Positions 48,867-57,518 of a stretch of 57,799 nt of DNA are shown here, in pieces. The notes below the pieces were generated by a model that was not told where the DNA came from, ran no database searches, and worked only from the letters and a program-made list of their open reading frames with translations. The stretch is from an uncultured virus (IMG/VR IMGVR_UViG_3300033571_026375). Taxonomy: Duplodnaviria > Heunggongvirae > Uroviricota > Caudoviricetes. The DNA is taken from positions 62,001-119,799 of IMG/VR virus record IMGVR_UViG_3300033571_026375. One strand, 5' to 3'. Position 1 is the stretch's first letter; the number at the start of each line of letters is the position of its first letter. The position numbers and the translations under genes were made by a program.

Positions 48867-51053
48867 TTAAACCTTATCACTGTATAAAAAATGATAAAAT
48901 GAGGTTTTAGCGTGTTTAATTTCATCAGTACTAATTTCTTTACCAATAGATAAAGACAACTGCTTTAACCATACACTATATTCATTAATAATTGTGTTAT
49001 TTAACGGAGAATTAATAGTATTTAAGATTTTTTCTTGGGATATGGTGCAGAAAGGATCCAAGTTAAAGAATATGGAGCTTTTAAGCTTTTCTAGTTCTTC
49101 GATCTCTTGATTGGATAAACTACGTAGATTTTTTTTGTTGAAAAACTCTAGCATGATAGGATTTACAATTTTATTGATTTGTTCTTGAGCTTGGGCGCAC
49201 CATAAGATTAATTTAGCTCCGGTTTGTGGGGCAAATTTTTTGGGAGATCTTTTACTGGAATCTTTAGATGATGGGGGTCGGCCTTGCTGTGGTTCGCCTG
49301 GCAAAGATTCTGGCGAATCTTTGACCAACTGGGTTGGTTTAAAAGCTTGTCTGAGTTCTAGAGAATTCTTCTCTCCATTTTTTTTAGTATCGAGTTGCAA
49401 ACCCACCTGGCTCGGCGTAACTATACCTGTTTGTAAAGCTATTTTTTTCAAACTATTGTCTGGCTGAGGATCATGCCACGGACCAGATTTATTTATCATT
49501 CTTGAACCCTTTCGATCTCTATGTTCTCTATTGAGACGAGATTTTTCTATATCTGGATCAAAACCAAAACGAGTTTGTAAGAGTTCGTCACTAATAAGAT
49601 TACGATCAGCCAATTGAATTAATAATGCTTTTTCAGAATCTTCGTTACTAAGATCCATTCTATCAAATTCTATCTTTGCAGGATATTTAAAACCCATAGC
49701 CTTTTGTACTAATGCAATTTCTTTATCCCAAAATTCTGTCAATAAATCTCTTCCATACTGTAATCTTTGAGTTAGTGTCTTTAGACTAATAAAATTATTG
49801 GTTGTTCCTGCTGCCCCAAAAGTACCTGTTAGGGTGGGAGGAATGCCAAGACCAGCATAGACACTATTAAGATGTGGTATATATTTAGCTTCGCCTAAAA
49901 ATTGATGAACATTAGTATTGGATTCTAACAACTCTATATCAGGCCCCCAAACTAAGTCCATTGTGCCTCCACCAACATTATTTCCTAGAATCTGAGCTAA
50001 TTTACCAGCTGCTGCTTTGGTAGGAGCTATTTTATGCTCTAAACTACCTAATTTAAAAATACGGATATTTGATATTGCTCCGTCGAGCGCTGCCATATCA
50101 GCTAATTTTAATTTTTCGATAACTGTAATATCATCCATGATAGAGTATACCATGGGATAAGCCCAAGGTTGCCAATCGTCTTTTTTGTAGTGAAAAACAA
50201 GTGTTTTGTCTGCGGACAAAGGAAACGGCTTTTTACTTTTAGCTGCTTCCAGAATTTGTGATGGTAAATTATTTACAATTTCTTGCTCTTGAGTGCTTTT
50301 AGGACTATTAATAGTTCTTCTAAGATTAGCTGGCAAAGATAGTTCATAAGTTTTAAGCGAACTAAAAGATGCTAGAGCACCAGCAGACACATCAACATAG
50401 AATGGGTCTATAAAAGTATATTTCCACGGTATCTCTCTTTTTTCTAGTTTAATAGAATCCAAGTCGTCTACAGTTAAATCAGGAGAGCCTACTGCTCTAT
50501 ATAAATTATCAGAAACTTTTAAGCTTAATTTACCTGTTTGTCTATTAATTACTATATTACCTGTTTTATACAGATTATTAAGAAATCTTTCGCTACGTTC
50601 TTTTCCTTTTATTTTTTTAAACCAACTTCTATAGAATCTTTCTATTCTTTTGTTTTTATGTACTAATCGAATTCCTTGAGAACCAAAATCACCCATAAGA
50701 TCTATGACATTTTTAACTAGTCCTACTCTCTGATAAATATCTTCTGCTCTTTTGATAATACCTTTGATGTGTTTGGGTACTGCTTCGTCTGGACGAAAAA
50801 AATCATAGTCAGATCTGGTTAAGCCTGGGCGGCCGCCGGTGCTACCATCTAGATTGGAATAATTTAACCCATATCGTCTATTAGCATTAGCATGTTGATG
50901 CTCTATAAGTGTATATTCTGACATAGATTCAGAAGATTTATTTAGAGCTTCTCTTTTTGACGATAAATCATCTCCCCATGTAACATATGCTTCTTGGCCG
51001 ATAATAGATTGATCGTCTATAGCTGAACTTTTTGGATACTTTTTATTGGCCAT
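48867..51053 (-). CDS. Portal protein
   Basis: 728 aa, located directly after the large terminase and before the protease. Portal-like helical composition. Confidence 0.8.
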   Translation of the reverse strand: MANKKYPKSSAIDDQSIIGQEAYVTWGDDLSSKREALNKSSESMSEYTLIEHQHANANRRYGLNYSNLDGSTGGRPGLTRSDYDFFRPDEAVPKHIKGIIKRAEDIYQRVGLVKNVIDLMGDFGSQGIRLVHKNKRIERFYRSWFKKIKGKERSERFLNNLYKTGNIVINRQTGKLSLKVSDNLYRAVGSPDLTVDDLDSIKLEKREIPWKYTFIDPFYVDVSAGALASFSSLKTYELSLPANLRRTINSPKSTQEQEIVNNLPSQILEAAKSKKPFPLSADKTLVFHYKKDDWQPWAYPMVYSIMDDITVIEKLKLADMAALDGAISNIRIFKLGSLEHKIAPTKAAAGKLAQILGNNVGGGTMDLVWGPDIELLESNTNVHQFLGEAKYIPHLNSVYAGLGIPPTLTGTFGAAGTTNNFISLKTLTQRLQYGRDLLTEFWDKEIALVQKAMGFKYPAKIEFDRMDLSNEDSEKALLIQLADRNLISDELLQTRFGFDPDIEKSRLNREHRDRKGSRMINKSGPWHDPQPDNSLKKIALQTGIVTPSQVGLQLDTKKNGEKNSLELRQAFKPTQLVKDSPESLPGEPQQGRPPSSKDSSKRSPKKFAPQTGAKLILWCAQAQEQINKIVNPIMLEFFNKKNLRSLSNQEIEELEKLKSSIFFNLDPFCTISQEKILNTINSPLNNTIINEYSVWLKQLSLSIGKEISTDEIKHAKTSFYHFLYSDKV

Positions 51054-51108
51054 AATTTATATTCTAAATGTAATAGTATTGTAATTGAATTATCTATTCA
51101 TACACTAA

Positions 51109-53142
51109 TTATCGATATATGCCATTATATAGGTCTTCATTAGCTCCAGAAGTAAACCATTCAGGGCCTTTGTATAATTGACCATCTTGTTTCACTATTT
51201 CCGTTCTATTTCCTCCAATAACATCATAAGATGGTGCTACCAAATATGTCTTTAATTGTCTAGCTATCATATTAGCTATTAATAGTGCGCTATATCTGTC
51301 TTTACGTAGTCTACCCTTTTTTCCATTTTGTAATTTAACCTCTGGAGTATCCCAACGATCACGACCTCCAGATCCTGTACTTGTTTGTGTCATTACAATA
51401 GTGGTAAGTTCATTCTTTAATTCTTCTATTTCCAATATGCACTCACTTAAGCTATCATATAAAGGATTAAGATCGGTGTCTAGAATATTTTTGCCCTCTT
51501 GATCTAAAGCTAAGCCCAATGTAAGAGGATCAAATCTAGGAAATAATAATACTTTATCTTCTAAATCTTTTCGTAAGCCATGATTAGCTTGACTAGTCCA
51601 GTCTGCTTTAGCAAATTGTACCAGCTCTAATATATGATGTCCTGGCTGATCATCTGTATCCTTAGGCTTGTCTCTATTGATAGTAGGCCATATCAATATT
51701 TCTCCATTTTCTAATTTTGACGGATCATGCAGCGACTCTTCGATAGCTATACCACCACCCTGAGCATCCATTCCTATTTTCAAAGGAGGAAATACTTTCA
51801 TTAAGTTTCGGATTTTACGAGCGCAAAAACTATAAAAATCATATTCATTAATTAAACCAGTTTTTTGACGCTCTTTAAAATTAGTTCTATTAGTAGTCCA
51901 ACAATAAACAATTCTAGCATGATCAGGATGTAGTTCTAAGACTACAATACTAAAATTATCTCTTTCAGAGGCTGGGTCGATACCATAGATATATTTACTA
52001 AAATTATTGCCAGTAGTAACAGAATCAAAGACAATGATCTGGTTATTTAATATAATGGGTCGTGTATCGCTAGTGACACAACTTTCGATTAAACTTCTCT
52101 TAAAAAACCCATCGCTGTCAGCCGTAAAGCATGCTGCATATTCCATATTATATATGCCAGTATGAATGGTGGCTTTTGCTCTAGCAACCTGTTTGTCATC
52201 CATGAAGCCTTTAGGTATGAGTTCATATGGTATTCTAATAATACTATAGTCTTTCCAATTAAAATTTTCTGGTACTTCACCATTAAAAATTTCTTCTAAT
52301 TTTTTATTATCTCCTTTGCTTTCTATAATAGTTTTATATCGTTTCCAATAATTAGCAAAATGTTTGAATGAATAGTCTGCTGTTCCTGATATAATAGCCT
52401 GATTACCCATTTTTTGACTTAGCTGTTCTAGTTCTTCATTCCATACTCCTGCTTCGATCATGGCTCTTTTTTTGGCTTGTTCTTTAACATTCTGGATAGG
52501 ACTAGCTGAAACTGCTGCGAAACCAGCGACTACTGTTTCATAAATATCCGGAGATATAGATGCAAACTCGTCCGCAATAATAATATGAGCTCTTAAACCT
52601 CTGATTTTGCTACCATCTCCCATAGGAACAGCTATGGTCCAACTATCTCCTAATCTAATAGTACATCTATCAACATCTCGACGAGGACCATCATCATTAC
52701 CATTAAAAATACTTCTCAGAATAGGACTGCCTCTCCAGATAGTTTCCATATACTCAAAAATAATTTTACTCTGCCTAAAAGCTGCGCCAACTATTACAAT
52801 TTTAGTACCAGGATTAAAAATACATCGTAATATAGAATATAAAGCTAAAAGAAAAGATTTACCCCAACCACGACTAGCGATATACATAGGAAATGGTCTT
52901 TCCCAAAATTCTTGTAGAATTACTACTTGCATAGGATGCAATTCTATATTAAATAGTAATTTACATGTTGTTGCTATGTATCTAGGACTTTTTAATAACT
53001 TTATAAGATGTAAATCTGGATTTTCTATATCCTGTTCTGATCTACCAATCATTGGATTGCTTGCTATACTAAGAGAATTAAGATCTCCTAGGTCTAGCCA
53101 AGCATCGTCAAAGATCTGTTTTTGGCTGTCCGTGATATTCAT
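51109..53142 (-). CDS. terL: Terminase large subunit
   Basis: Walker A ASRGWGKS, IRGLRA, Walker B IIIADEF, and RNase H-like nuclease motifs YGIDPA ... KDRYSA. Confidence 0.93.
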   Translation of the reverse strand: MNITDSQKQIFDDAWLDLGDLNSLSIASNPMIGRSEQDIENPDLHLIKLLKSPRYIATTCKLLFNIELHPMQVVILQEFWERPFPMYIASRGWGKSFLLALYSILRCIFNPGTKIVIVGAAFRQSKIIFEYMETIWRGSPILRSIFNGNDDGPRRDVDRCTIRLGDSWTIAVPMGDGSKIRGLRAHIIIADEFASISPDIYETVVAGFAAVSASPIQNVKEQAKKRAMIEAGVWNEELEQLSQKMGNQAIISGTADYSFKHFANYWKRYKTIIESKGDNKKLEEIFNGEVPENFNWKDYSIIRIPYELIPKGFMDDKQVARAKATIHTGIYNMEYAACFTADSDGFFKRSLIESCVTSDTRPIILNNQIIVFDSVTTGNNFSKYIYGIDPASERDNFSIVVLELHPDHARIVYCWTTNRTNFKERQKTGLINEYDFYSFCARKIRNLMKVFPPLKIGMDAQGGGIAIEESLHDPSKLENGEILIWPTINRDKPKDTDDQPGHHILELVQFAKADWTSQANHGLRKDLEDKVLLFPRFDPLTLGLALDQEGKNILDTDLNPLYDSLSECILEIEELKNELTTIVMTQTSTGSGGRDRWDTPEVKLQNGKKGRLRKDRYSALLIANMIARQLKTYLVAPSYDVIGGNRTEIVKQDGQLYKGPEWFTSGANEDLYNGIYR

Positions 53143-53587
53143 AAATTTTTCTCATGATACTGATAGCCATCTTTTCGGCATTAGATGCATTACCACAAAA
53201 TACCAGTTTAATATTATATATTATTTGTAATTCTATCATGTGTTTCAAAATAAATTTAGGCGATATTTTTAACTTATCCCACATGCGTTTAGGAACATTA
53301 GATCCCACAGGATATATTAAAACATCTTCTAGATCAAATTCACATAGTAAGAAAGAATTAGGTATTTTATTCATTCTTTCAATAACATCTTTAAATCTTT
53401 TTTCTGTAATATTATTAGCAAATTCACTTACACTACCTTTACGCTCTATACAAAAAATATGTTCTAATCCTTTTAAGGAATAATCCCCAGTATCTAATTT
53501 AGATATACTTTTTTCCATGTGATCGAAAGACCATGGATGTTGTTCTCTGGTATCTATAATTATATGAAAATTACTGAAGTCTATCAT
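53108..53587 (-). CDS. ERCC4/XPF-family nuclease
   Basis: Hallmark motifs IIIDTREQ, LDTGDYS and IERK. Confidence 0.88.
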   Translation of the reverse strand: MIDFSNFHIIIDTREQHPWSFDHMEKSISKLDTGDYSLKGLEHIFCIERKGSVSEFANNITEKRFKDVIERMNKIPNSFLLCEFDLEDVLIYPVGSNVPKRMWDKLKISPKFILKHMIELQIIYNIKLVFCGNASNAEKMAISIMRKIYEYHGQPKTDL

Positions 53588-53840
53588 TAGCTAAAATTCT
53601 TAAAAAAGTTGCAGCATATATTTCTTCCATACCCTTAATTAAATCATGATGATATTTACACAATGTAATACCATTTTCTGTGTTAAATCTCAAACCGGGA
53701 TAATTTGACCAAGTTTTGATGTGATGGGCGTTTAATTTTTTTTTCATATTACAATTAGGCCATCTGCATTTATACTTATCTCTTTGATATACTTGTTCTC
53801 TCCATTTTTTATAGGCAGGATCTTTAAAATTTCTAAACAT
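53571..53840 (-). CDS. HNH endonuclease
   Basis: RDKYKC...C...AHHIK...NGITLCKYHH. Confidence 0.9.
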   Translation of the reverse strand: MFRNFKDPAYKKWREQVYQRDKYKCRWPNCNMKKKLNAHHIKTWSNYPGLRFNTENGITLCKYHHDLIKGMEEIYAATFLRILANDRLQ

Positions 53841-53842
53841 AG

Positions 53843-54817
53843 CTAATTAGTATCGTGTAAAACCATTTCTTTTACCAAATCATCAAAAGTTGTAGATGGT
53901 TTCCAGCCTAATTGCTGTTGTGCTTTAGTATTGACTCCCCTAAGATACTGAACCTCTGCTGGTCTATATAATGAAGGATCAATATCTACATACTTCTTAT
54001 AATCAAGATTGACTATTTCAAAGGCTTTCTTTAAAAAGTCTAACACAGTATATGTAGAGCCGGTGCAAATAACATAGTCATCAGCTACTTTATGTTGCAA
54101 CATAAGATGCATAGCATATACATAGTCTTTAGCATGTCCCCAATCTCTACTAGCATTTAAATTGCCTAATTTTAAGGTATCATTGGTTTTACCTTTCACT
54201 AAGTCTCCTATATATTTTGTGATTTTACGAGTAACAAAATTGTCCCCGCGTCGTGGACTTTCGTGATTAAACAATATTCCAGAACAAGCAAAAATACCAT
54301 ATGCTTCACGATAAATCTGCAACATTCTGTGACTTGCTACTTTGGCTACTCCGTATGGGCTCTGAGGTATTAATTCGGTATTTTCATCTTGATATTTTTT
54401 CCCATCATTAGATATGCTAAAATTACGACCAAACATTTCGCTAGTACTAGCCTGATAAAACTTTATGGCTGAGCCATGACTTCGTATGGCTTCTAGCCAG
54501 TGTACAACTCCTATAGTATCTATCTCGAAAGTGGTAGATGGTTGCTTGAAGCTGGTTCCTACATGGCTTTGTGCTGCAAGATTGTATATCTCATCAGGAC
54601 TATATTTATTAATTAATGTATGAGAACATGATGAGTCTGTGAGGTCAAATTCTTCTAAAATTAAATTGGGGGCTTTTATTATGTGCTTAATTCTTTCAAA
54701 ACTATTAATACTAGATCTACGATAACATCCTATTACTTTATATTCCTTGTCTAGTAGTAGTTCAGCTAAATATGATCCATCCTGACCTGTTATTCCTGTA
54801 ATAATAGCTGTTTTCAT
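53843..54817 (-). CDS. gmd: GDP-mannose 4,6-dehydratase
   Basis: GITGQDGSYLAELLL, YNLAAQSHV, FYQASTSE, PQSPYGVAK, GILFNHESPRRG..FVTRKIT and LGNLNASRDWGHAKDYV. Confidence 0.96.
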   Translation of the reverse strand: MKTAIITGITGQDGSYLAELLLDKEYKVIGCYRRSSINSFERIKHIIKAPNLILEEFDLTDSSCSHTLINKYSPDEIYNLAAQSHVGTSFKQPSTTFEIDTIGVVHWLEAIRSHGSAIKFYQASTSEMFGRNFSISNDGKKYQDENTELIPQSPYGVAKVASHRMLQIYREAYGIFACSGILFNHESPRRGDNFVTRKITKYIGDLVKGKTNDTLKLGNLNASRDWGHAKDYVYAMHLMLQHKVADDYVICTGSTYTVLDFLKKAFEIVNLDYKKYVDIDPSLYRPAEVQYLRGVNTKAQQQLGWKPSTTFDDLVKEMVLHDTN

Positions 54818-54822
54818 CTGTA

Positions 54823-55659
54823 CTATTCTCCTCTGTCTAAAATGATTTCTGGTGTGAGTAATGGGCTGTCTACTATTTGATCTGCATATTCGTGGTATTC
54901 AGCTAGTTTATTTTTACTTTTTTCTACCGCCATAGCCATAATTTCCATTTGTCTTCCTTCTTTTTCTCTAATATTTTCATCTTCTAACATTCGTATTAAG
55001 CCTATCCAAGAGCTTTTACCATCTTCTATGCGTTTTATGCGCTGTTCTCGCGTAGCTTTTAAATCTTTGCTTATCTTTTGTTGTTCATTTAATAGTTTAG
55101 TATATTCATTAGTATAATTAGCAATACTATTTCTAGCGAAACTTAGTTGTGTTTCTAAATTAGACAATTTAGCAATATCTCTTTGGTCCTCTGGTTTAGT
55201 ATATTCTTTATCGACTTGTACCTGAAGCTTTTCAGTGTCAGCTATGTGTCGCTTTCTTTCTTTCATACTGCGATTGATGAGAATATCTATTGTAATAAAC
55301 TGTTTAATTTGTAATTCTTCTGCTGCTAAAACGTCTTCTCTAAATTGTTTGATGAGTCCTATCCATGTATTTTCAAAATATGCTAATTCTCCGCTATCTT
55401 TATCAAATTGTTTTTCTATTTCTGGCCAAAATGTTTTTGTATATAGTTTTTGTCTAAGTATTCGATCATTAATTTGTTCTTCGTGAGACGATAAATTGAT
55501 TTTAGATTCTCTAATGTATCTCTCGATAGGAGTTGAGCTTCGATTTAAATGTTGAGCAATTTCATCAATACTTAATGTTGTAATATTATCTCTAATATAT
55601 TTTTCTTCATCTAAACTTAATTGTCCTCTTTTTTTAGGTATTTTAGAATTAGATGTCAT
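54823..55659 (-). CDS. HTH + coiled-coil protein, candidate terminase small subunit
   Basis: N-terminal HTH-like segment (LSIDEIAQHLNRSSTPIERY) and a long coiled coil, upstream of terL. The function is a positional guess. Confidence 0.4.
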   Translation of the reverse strand: MTSNSKIPKKRGQLSLDEEKYIRDNITTLSIDEIAQHLNRSSTPIERYIRESKINLSSHEEQINDRILRQKLYTKTFWPEIEKQFDKDSGELAYFENTWIGLIKQFREDVLAAEELQIKQFITIDILINRSMKERKRHIADTEKLQVQVDKEYTKPEDQRDIAKLSNLETQLSFARNSIANYTNEYTKLLNEQQKISKDLKATREQRIKRIEDGKSSWIGLIRMLEDENIREKEGRQMEIMAMAVEKSKNKLAEYHEYADQIVDSPLLTPEIILDRGE

Positions 55660-56305
55660 AATTATTTTCAGATAAAATATTTTTAATAACTTTGGTTAAT
55701 TTAACGAGATCTGACTTATAGACTTTATCTCCATGCTTCAATCTCAAGTATGTTTCTCTGTATTGTGCAGGAATATGTTTGTCTAACAGGGTGATTATTT
55801 GTTCATTAGCTACAATATCTAATATTGAATGTTTGGCATTTCCACTGGTGAGACTTTCAGACAGATCGTCTATTCCTACCGGTTTCATTATGTTCTTTTT
55901 TCTAGAGTTTCTATTATTCCATGCTGCATATTCTTCGCAGTCATCTTTATTTGTATATTCTAAACACTGATTAGTAGAGTTCTTACAATGTTTATCAAAA
56001 AATCTACAACTAATACAGGGTTTATCGGGTCTTTGATAATTATCTCGTTTATAGTTAAATAGCCTATTTCTTACGTGGGTCCATAAGAAGTTTTCTAAGG
56101 GGCGTTTTTTGTCATATTTTTCCAGGCCTTCTAGAGCAAATATGGCTGCCTGCTGTTTCATATCCTCAAAACTATGATAGCCGAACTGGAATTTATAGGC
56201 CAATCTTTTACTAATATTATCCAATACTGTCAAAAATTCTTGCTCATTTACATTGTTCGGAAGTGTTGATGGGCATTTCTTGGGCTTGAGATTTTTCTTG
56301 GTCAT
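55649..56305 (-). CDS. Phage sigma70-like factor with a Cys-rich insertion
   Basis: Region-2-like segment EDMKQQAAIFALEGLEKYD...LENFLWTHVRNRL, followed by CISC...C...C...C. Confidence 0.7.
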   Translation of the reverse strand: MTKKNLKPKKCPSTLPNNVNEQEFLTVLDNISKRLAYKFQFGYHSFEDMKQQAAIFALEGLEKYDKKRPLENFLWTHVRNRLFNYKRDNYQRPDKPCISCRFFDKHCKNSTNQCLEYTNKDDCEEYAAWNNRNSRKKNIMKPVGIDDLSESLTSGNAKHSILDIVANEQIITLLDKHIPAQYRETYLRLKHGDKVYKSDLVKLTKVIKNILSENNYDI

Positions 56306-56429
56306 TTATAAGCTCTGCTATACACTTTCCATCTGGTTGGTTAAGATCATCCGCTATATTTTCGATACATCCTGAAGCTTTAGTACACAGCACAGAAGCA
56401 ACATTGGTGATTTTTTTGGAATTACTCAT
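56244..56429 (-). CDS. Small hypothetical protein
   Basis: Start likely MSNSKK at 56429 with AAGGT upstream, just downstream of the minus-strand promoter. It overlaps the sigma ORF start by ~60 nt. Confidence 0.4.
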   Translation of the reverse strand: MSNSKKITNVASVLCTKASGCIENIADDLNQPDGKCIAELINDQEKSQAQEMPINTSEQCK

Positions 56430-56438
56430 AATTTTACC

Positions 56439-56492
56439 TTGCGCAAAATAGGTCAATACCTATTATAATAGGTTGTTGTGGCAATTTGTCAA
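56439..56492. promoter_or_regulatory. Bidirectional sigma70-type promoter with a palindromic -10
   Basis: Perfect palindrome ACCTATTATAATAGGT at 56458-56473. TTGACA on the minus strand (56492-56487) and TTGCGC on the plus strand (56439-56444) are each 16 nt from TATTAT or 19 nt from TATAAT. Confidence 0.65.
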
Positions 56493-56512
56493 CTTTACAA
56501 AGGAAATAAAAA

Positions 56513-56731
56513 ATGGCTAATTATAAAAAATGGTCTAGTAGTGAATTAGATTACATTCAGAATAATCATGCTGCATTATCTGATGACGGACTAGCGGCCA
56601 AGTTAACAGAAATGACAGGGCAAAATATCAGCACATCTATGATTCGTAGACAGCGTCGTAAGTTGGCTCTGAAAAAGAATAGGGGAAGACCAAAAAAGAT
56701 TAATACTACTAAGTCTTCTACTACAGTTTGA
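56513..56731 (+). CDS. Small basic DNA-binding protein (HTH-like + AT-hook)
   Basis: KKWSSSELDYI...LAAKL...ISTSMIRRQRRKL...RGRPKK. AAGGA RBS and a downstream terminator. Confidence 0.75.
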   Translation: MANYKKWSSSELDYIQNNHAALSDDGLAAKLTEMTGQNISTSMIRRQRRKLALKKNRGRPKKINTTKSSTTV

Positions 56732-56758
56732 TAATTTAATTTAAATACTAATGTGTGT

Positions 56759-56793
56759 TGCAGCAAAGGCGGGGAAACTCGCCTTTTGTTGTA
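56759..56793 (+). terminator. Intrinsic terminator
   Basis: AAAGGCGGG-GAAA-CUCGCCUUU with a GNRA loop, followed by a U-rich tail. Confidence 0.8.
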
Positions 56794-56991
56794 TATTAAC
56801 TGTATTTTTAGACAATAAAAGCTACTCTGGTTACTAGCAACAACCCATAAATTATTTAAGTTTATCATTAAAGTGGGTCTATAGGGGTGGTTTAGGTGAT
56901 ACATTTACTTTATTGTGTCCTTATTATGTTTGTACCACCGGGCGATTTTCGAAGTTTGGGGGAAATGGGTAACATAAACGAAAAAACCCCC

Positions 56992-57069
56992 TAACCTATT
57001 GTGGTATAAGGACTTAGGGTATATTTGCCCCCAAAAATTTGATGTAACTCCTTATGCCACAAGCACTTA
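56992..57069. repeat. Inverted pair of 25-bp pseudo-palindromic sites
   Basis: TAACCTATTGTGGTATAAGGACTTA (56992-57016) matches the reverse complement of 57045-57069 (TAAGTGCTTGTGGCATAAGGAGTTA) at 19/25 positions. Confidence 0.8.
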
Positions 57070-57081
57070 CAACAACTTTTT

Positions 57082-57117
57082 TTGGCATGACTCTTGCGAT
57101 AGCAAAAGGTGTGCCAA
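57082..57117. promoter_or_regulatory. Head-to-head pair of sigma54-type -24/-12 motifs
   Basis: Plus strand TTGGCATGACTCTTGC and minus strand TTGGCACACCTTTTGCT. Both are GG-N10-GC and they lie 4 bp apart. Confidence 0.6.
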
Positions 57118-57180
57118 TCGGGCCGATAAATCGTAAAAGTTTTGTCAAAATCTCTTGACATAAAAATTCCTATTTTTCTC

Positions 57181-57208
57181 TTGAAGTTTCAAGAAAGCAT
57201 GGTATAAT
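57181..57208 (+). promoter_or_regulatory. Sigma70-type promoter with extended -10
   Basis: TTGAAG-N16-TATAAT with TGn before the -10, 38 nt upstream of ORF 57247. The -35 is overlapped by the inverted repeat TCTTGAA-GT-TTCAAGA. Confidence 0.7.
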
Positions 57209-57246
57209 GTCGATATAAGAAAAAGAGAAAAAAGAGAGAAAGAAAA

Positions 57247-57477
57247 ATGTTTGCTAACCTGATTGTTCTGAATACTGTGACTGAGTTGACCGAGTTCCTC
57301 AATAAGACTTCGCTCGATACTCTGGTGAATAGGGTTGCTTTTGCTGGTGATCTTCTGGCAAGGGTTAATAAGTTTAACCAGATTAACATAGATGAGGAAA
57401 TTGGATTCTGTGATGATGGTGGTTGGATTGAAGTTGACGAGATGGGCTATGTTGTGGATGATGCCTGGCTTCCCTAA
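57247..57477 (+). CDS. Hypothetical acidic protein, probable early gene
   Basis: 76 aa directly downstream of the promoter, with a purine-only leader. Confidence 0.7.
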   Translation: MFANLIVLNTVTELTEFLNKTSLDTLVNRVAFAGDLLARVNKFNQINIDEEIGFCDDGGWIEVDEMGYVVDDAWLP

Positions 57478-57518
57478 GTTATCCAACAATCCTACACTCT
57501 AAACAGAAAGAAAAAGAA

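Noticed and set aside
2..56000. Numerous plus-strand ORFs of 60-207 aa (e.g. 2..304, 983..1414, 16130..16504, 52607..53230)
   Set aside because: They are antisense shadows of long minus-strand genes, with no RBS or recognisable motifs. The recurring 'TTNSPGV..AGTVSVP' is simply the reverse frame of the TMP repeat.
56930..56950. GC-rich ACCACCGGGCG as a cos site
   Set aside because: The location is plausible, but nothing in the sequence alone supports it. Read-termini data are needed.
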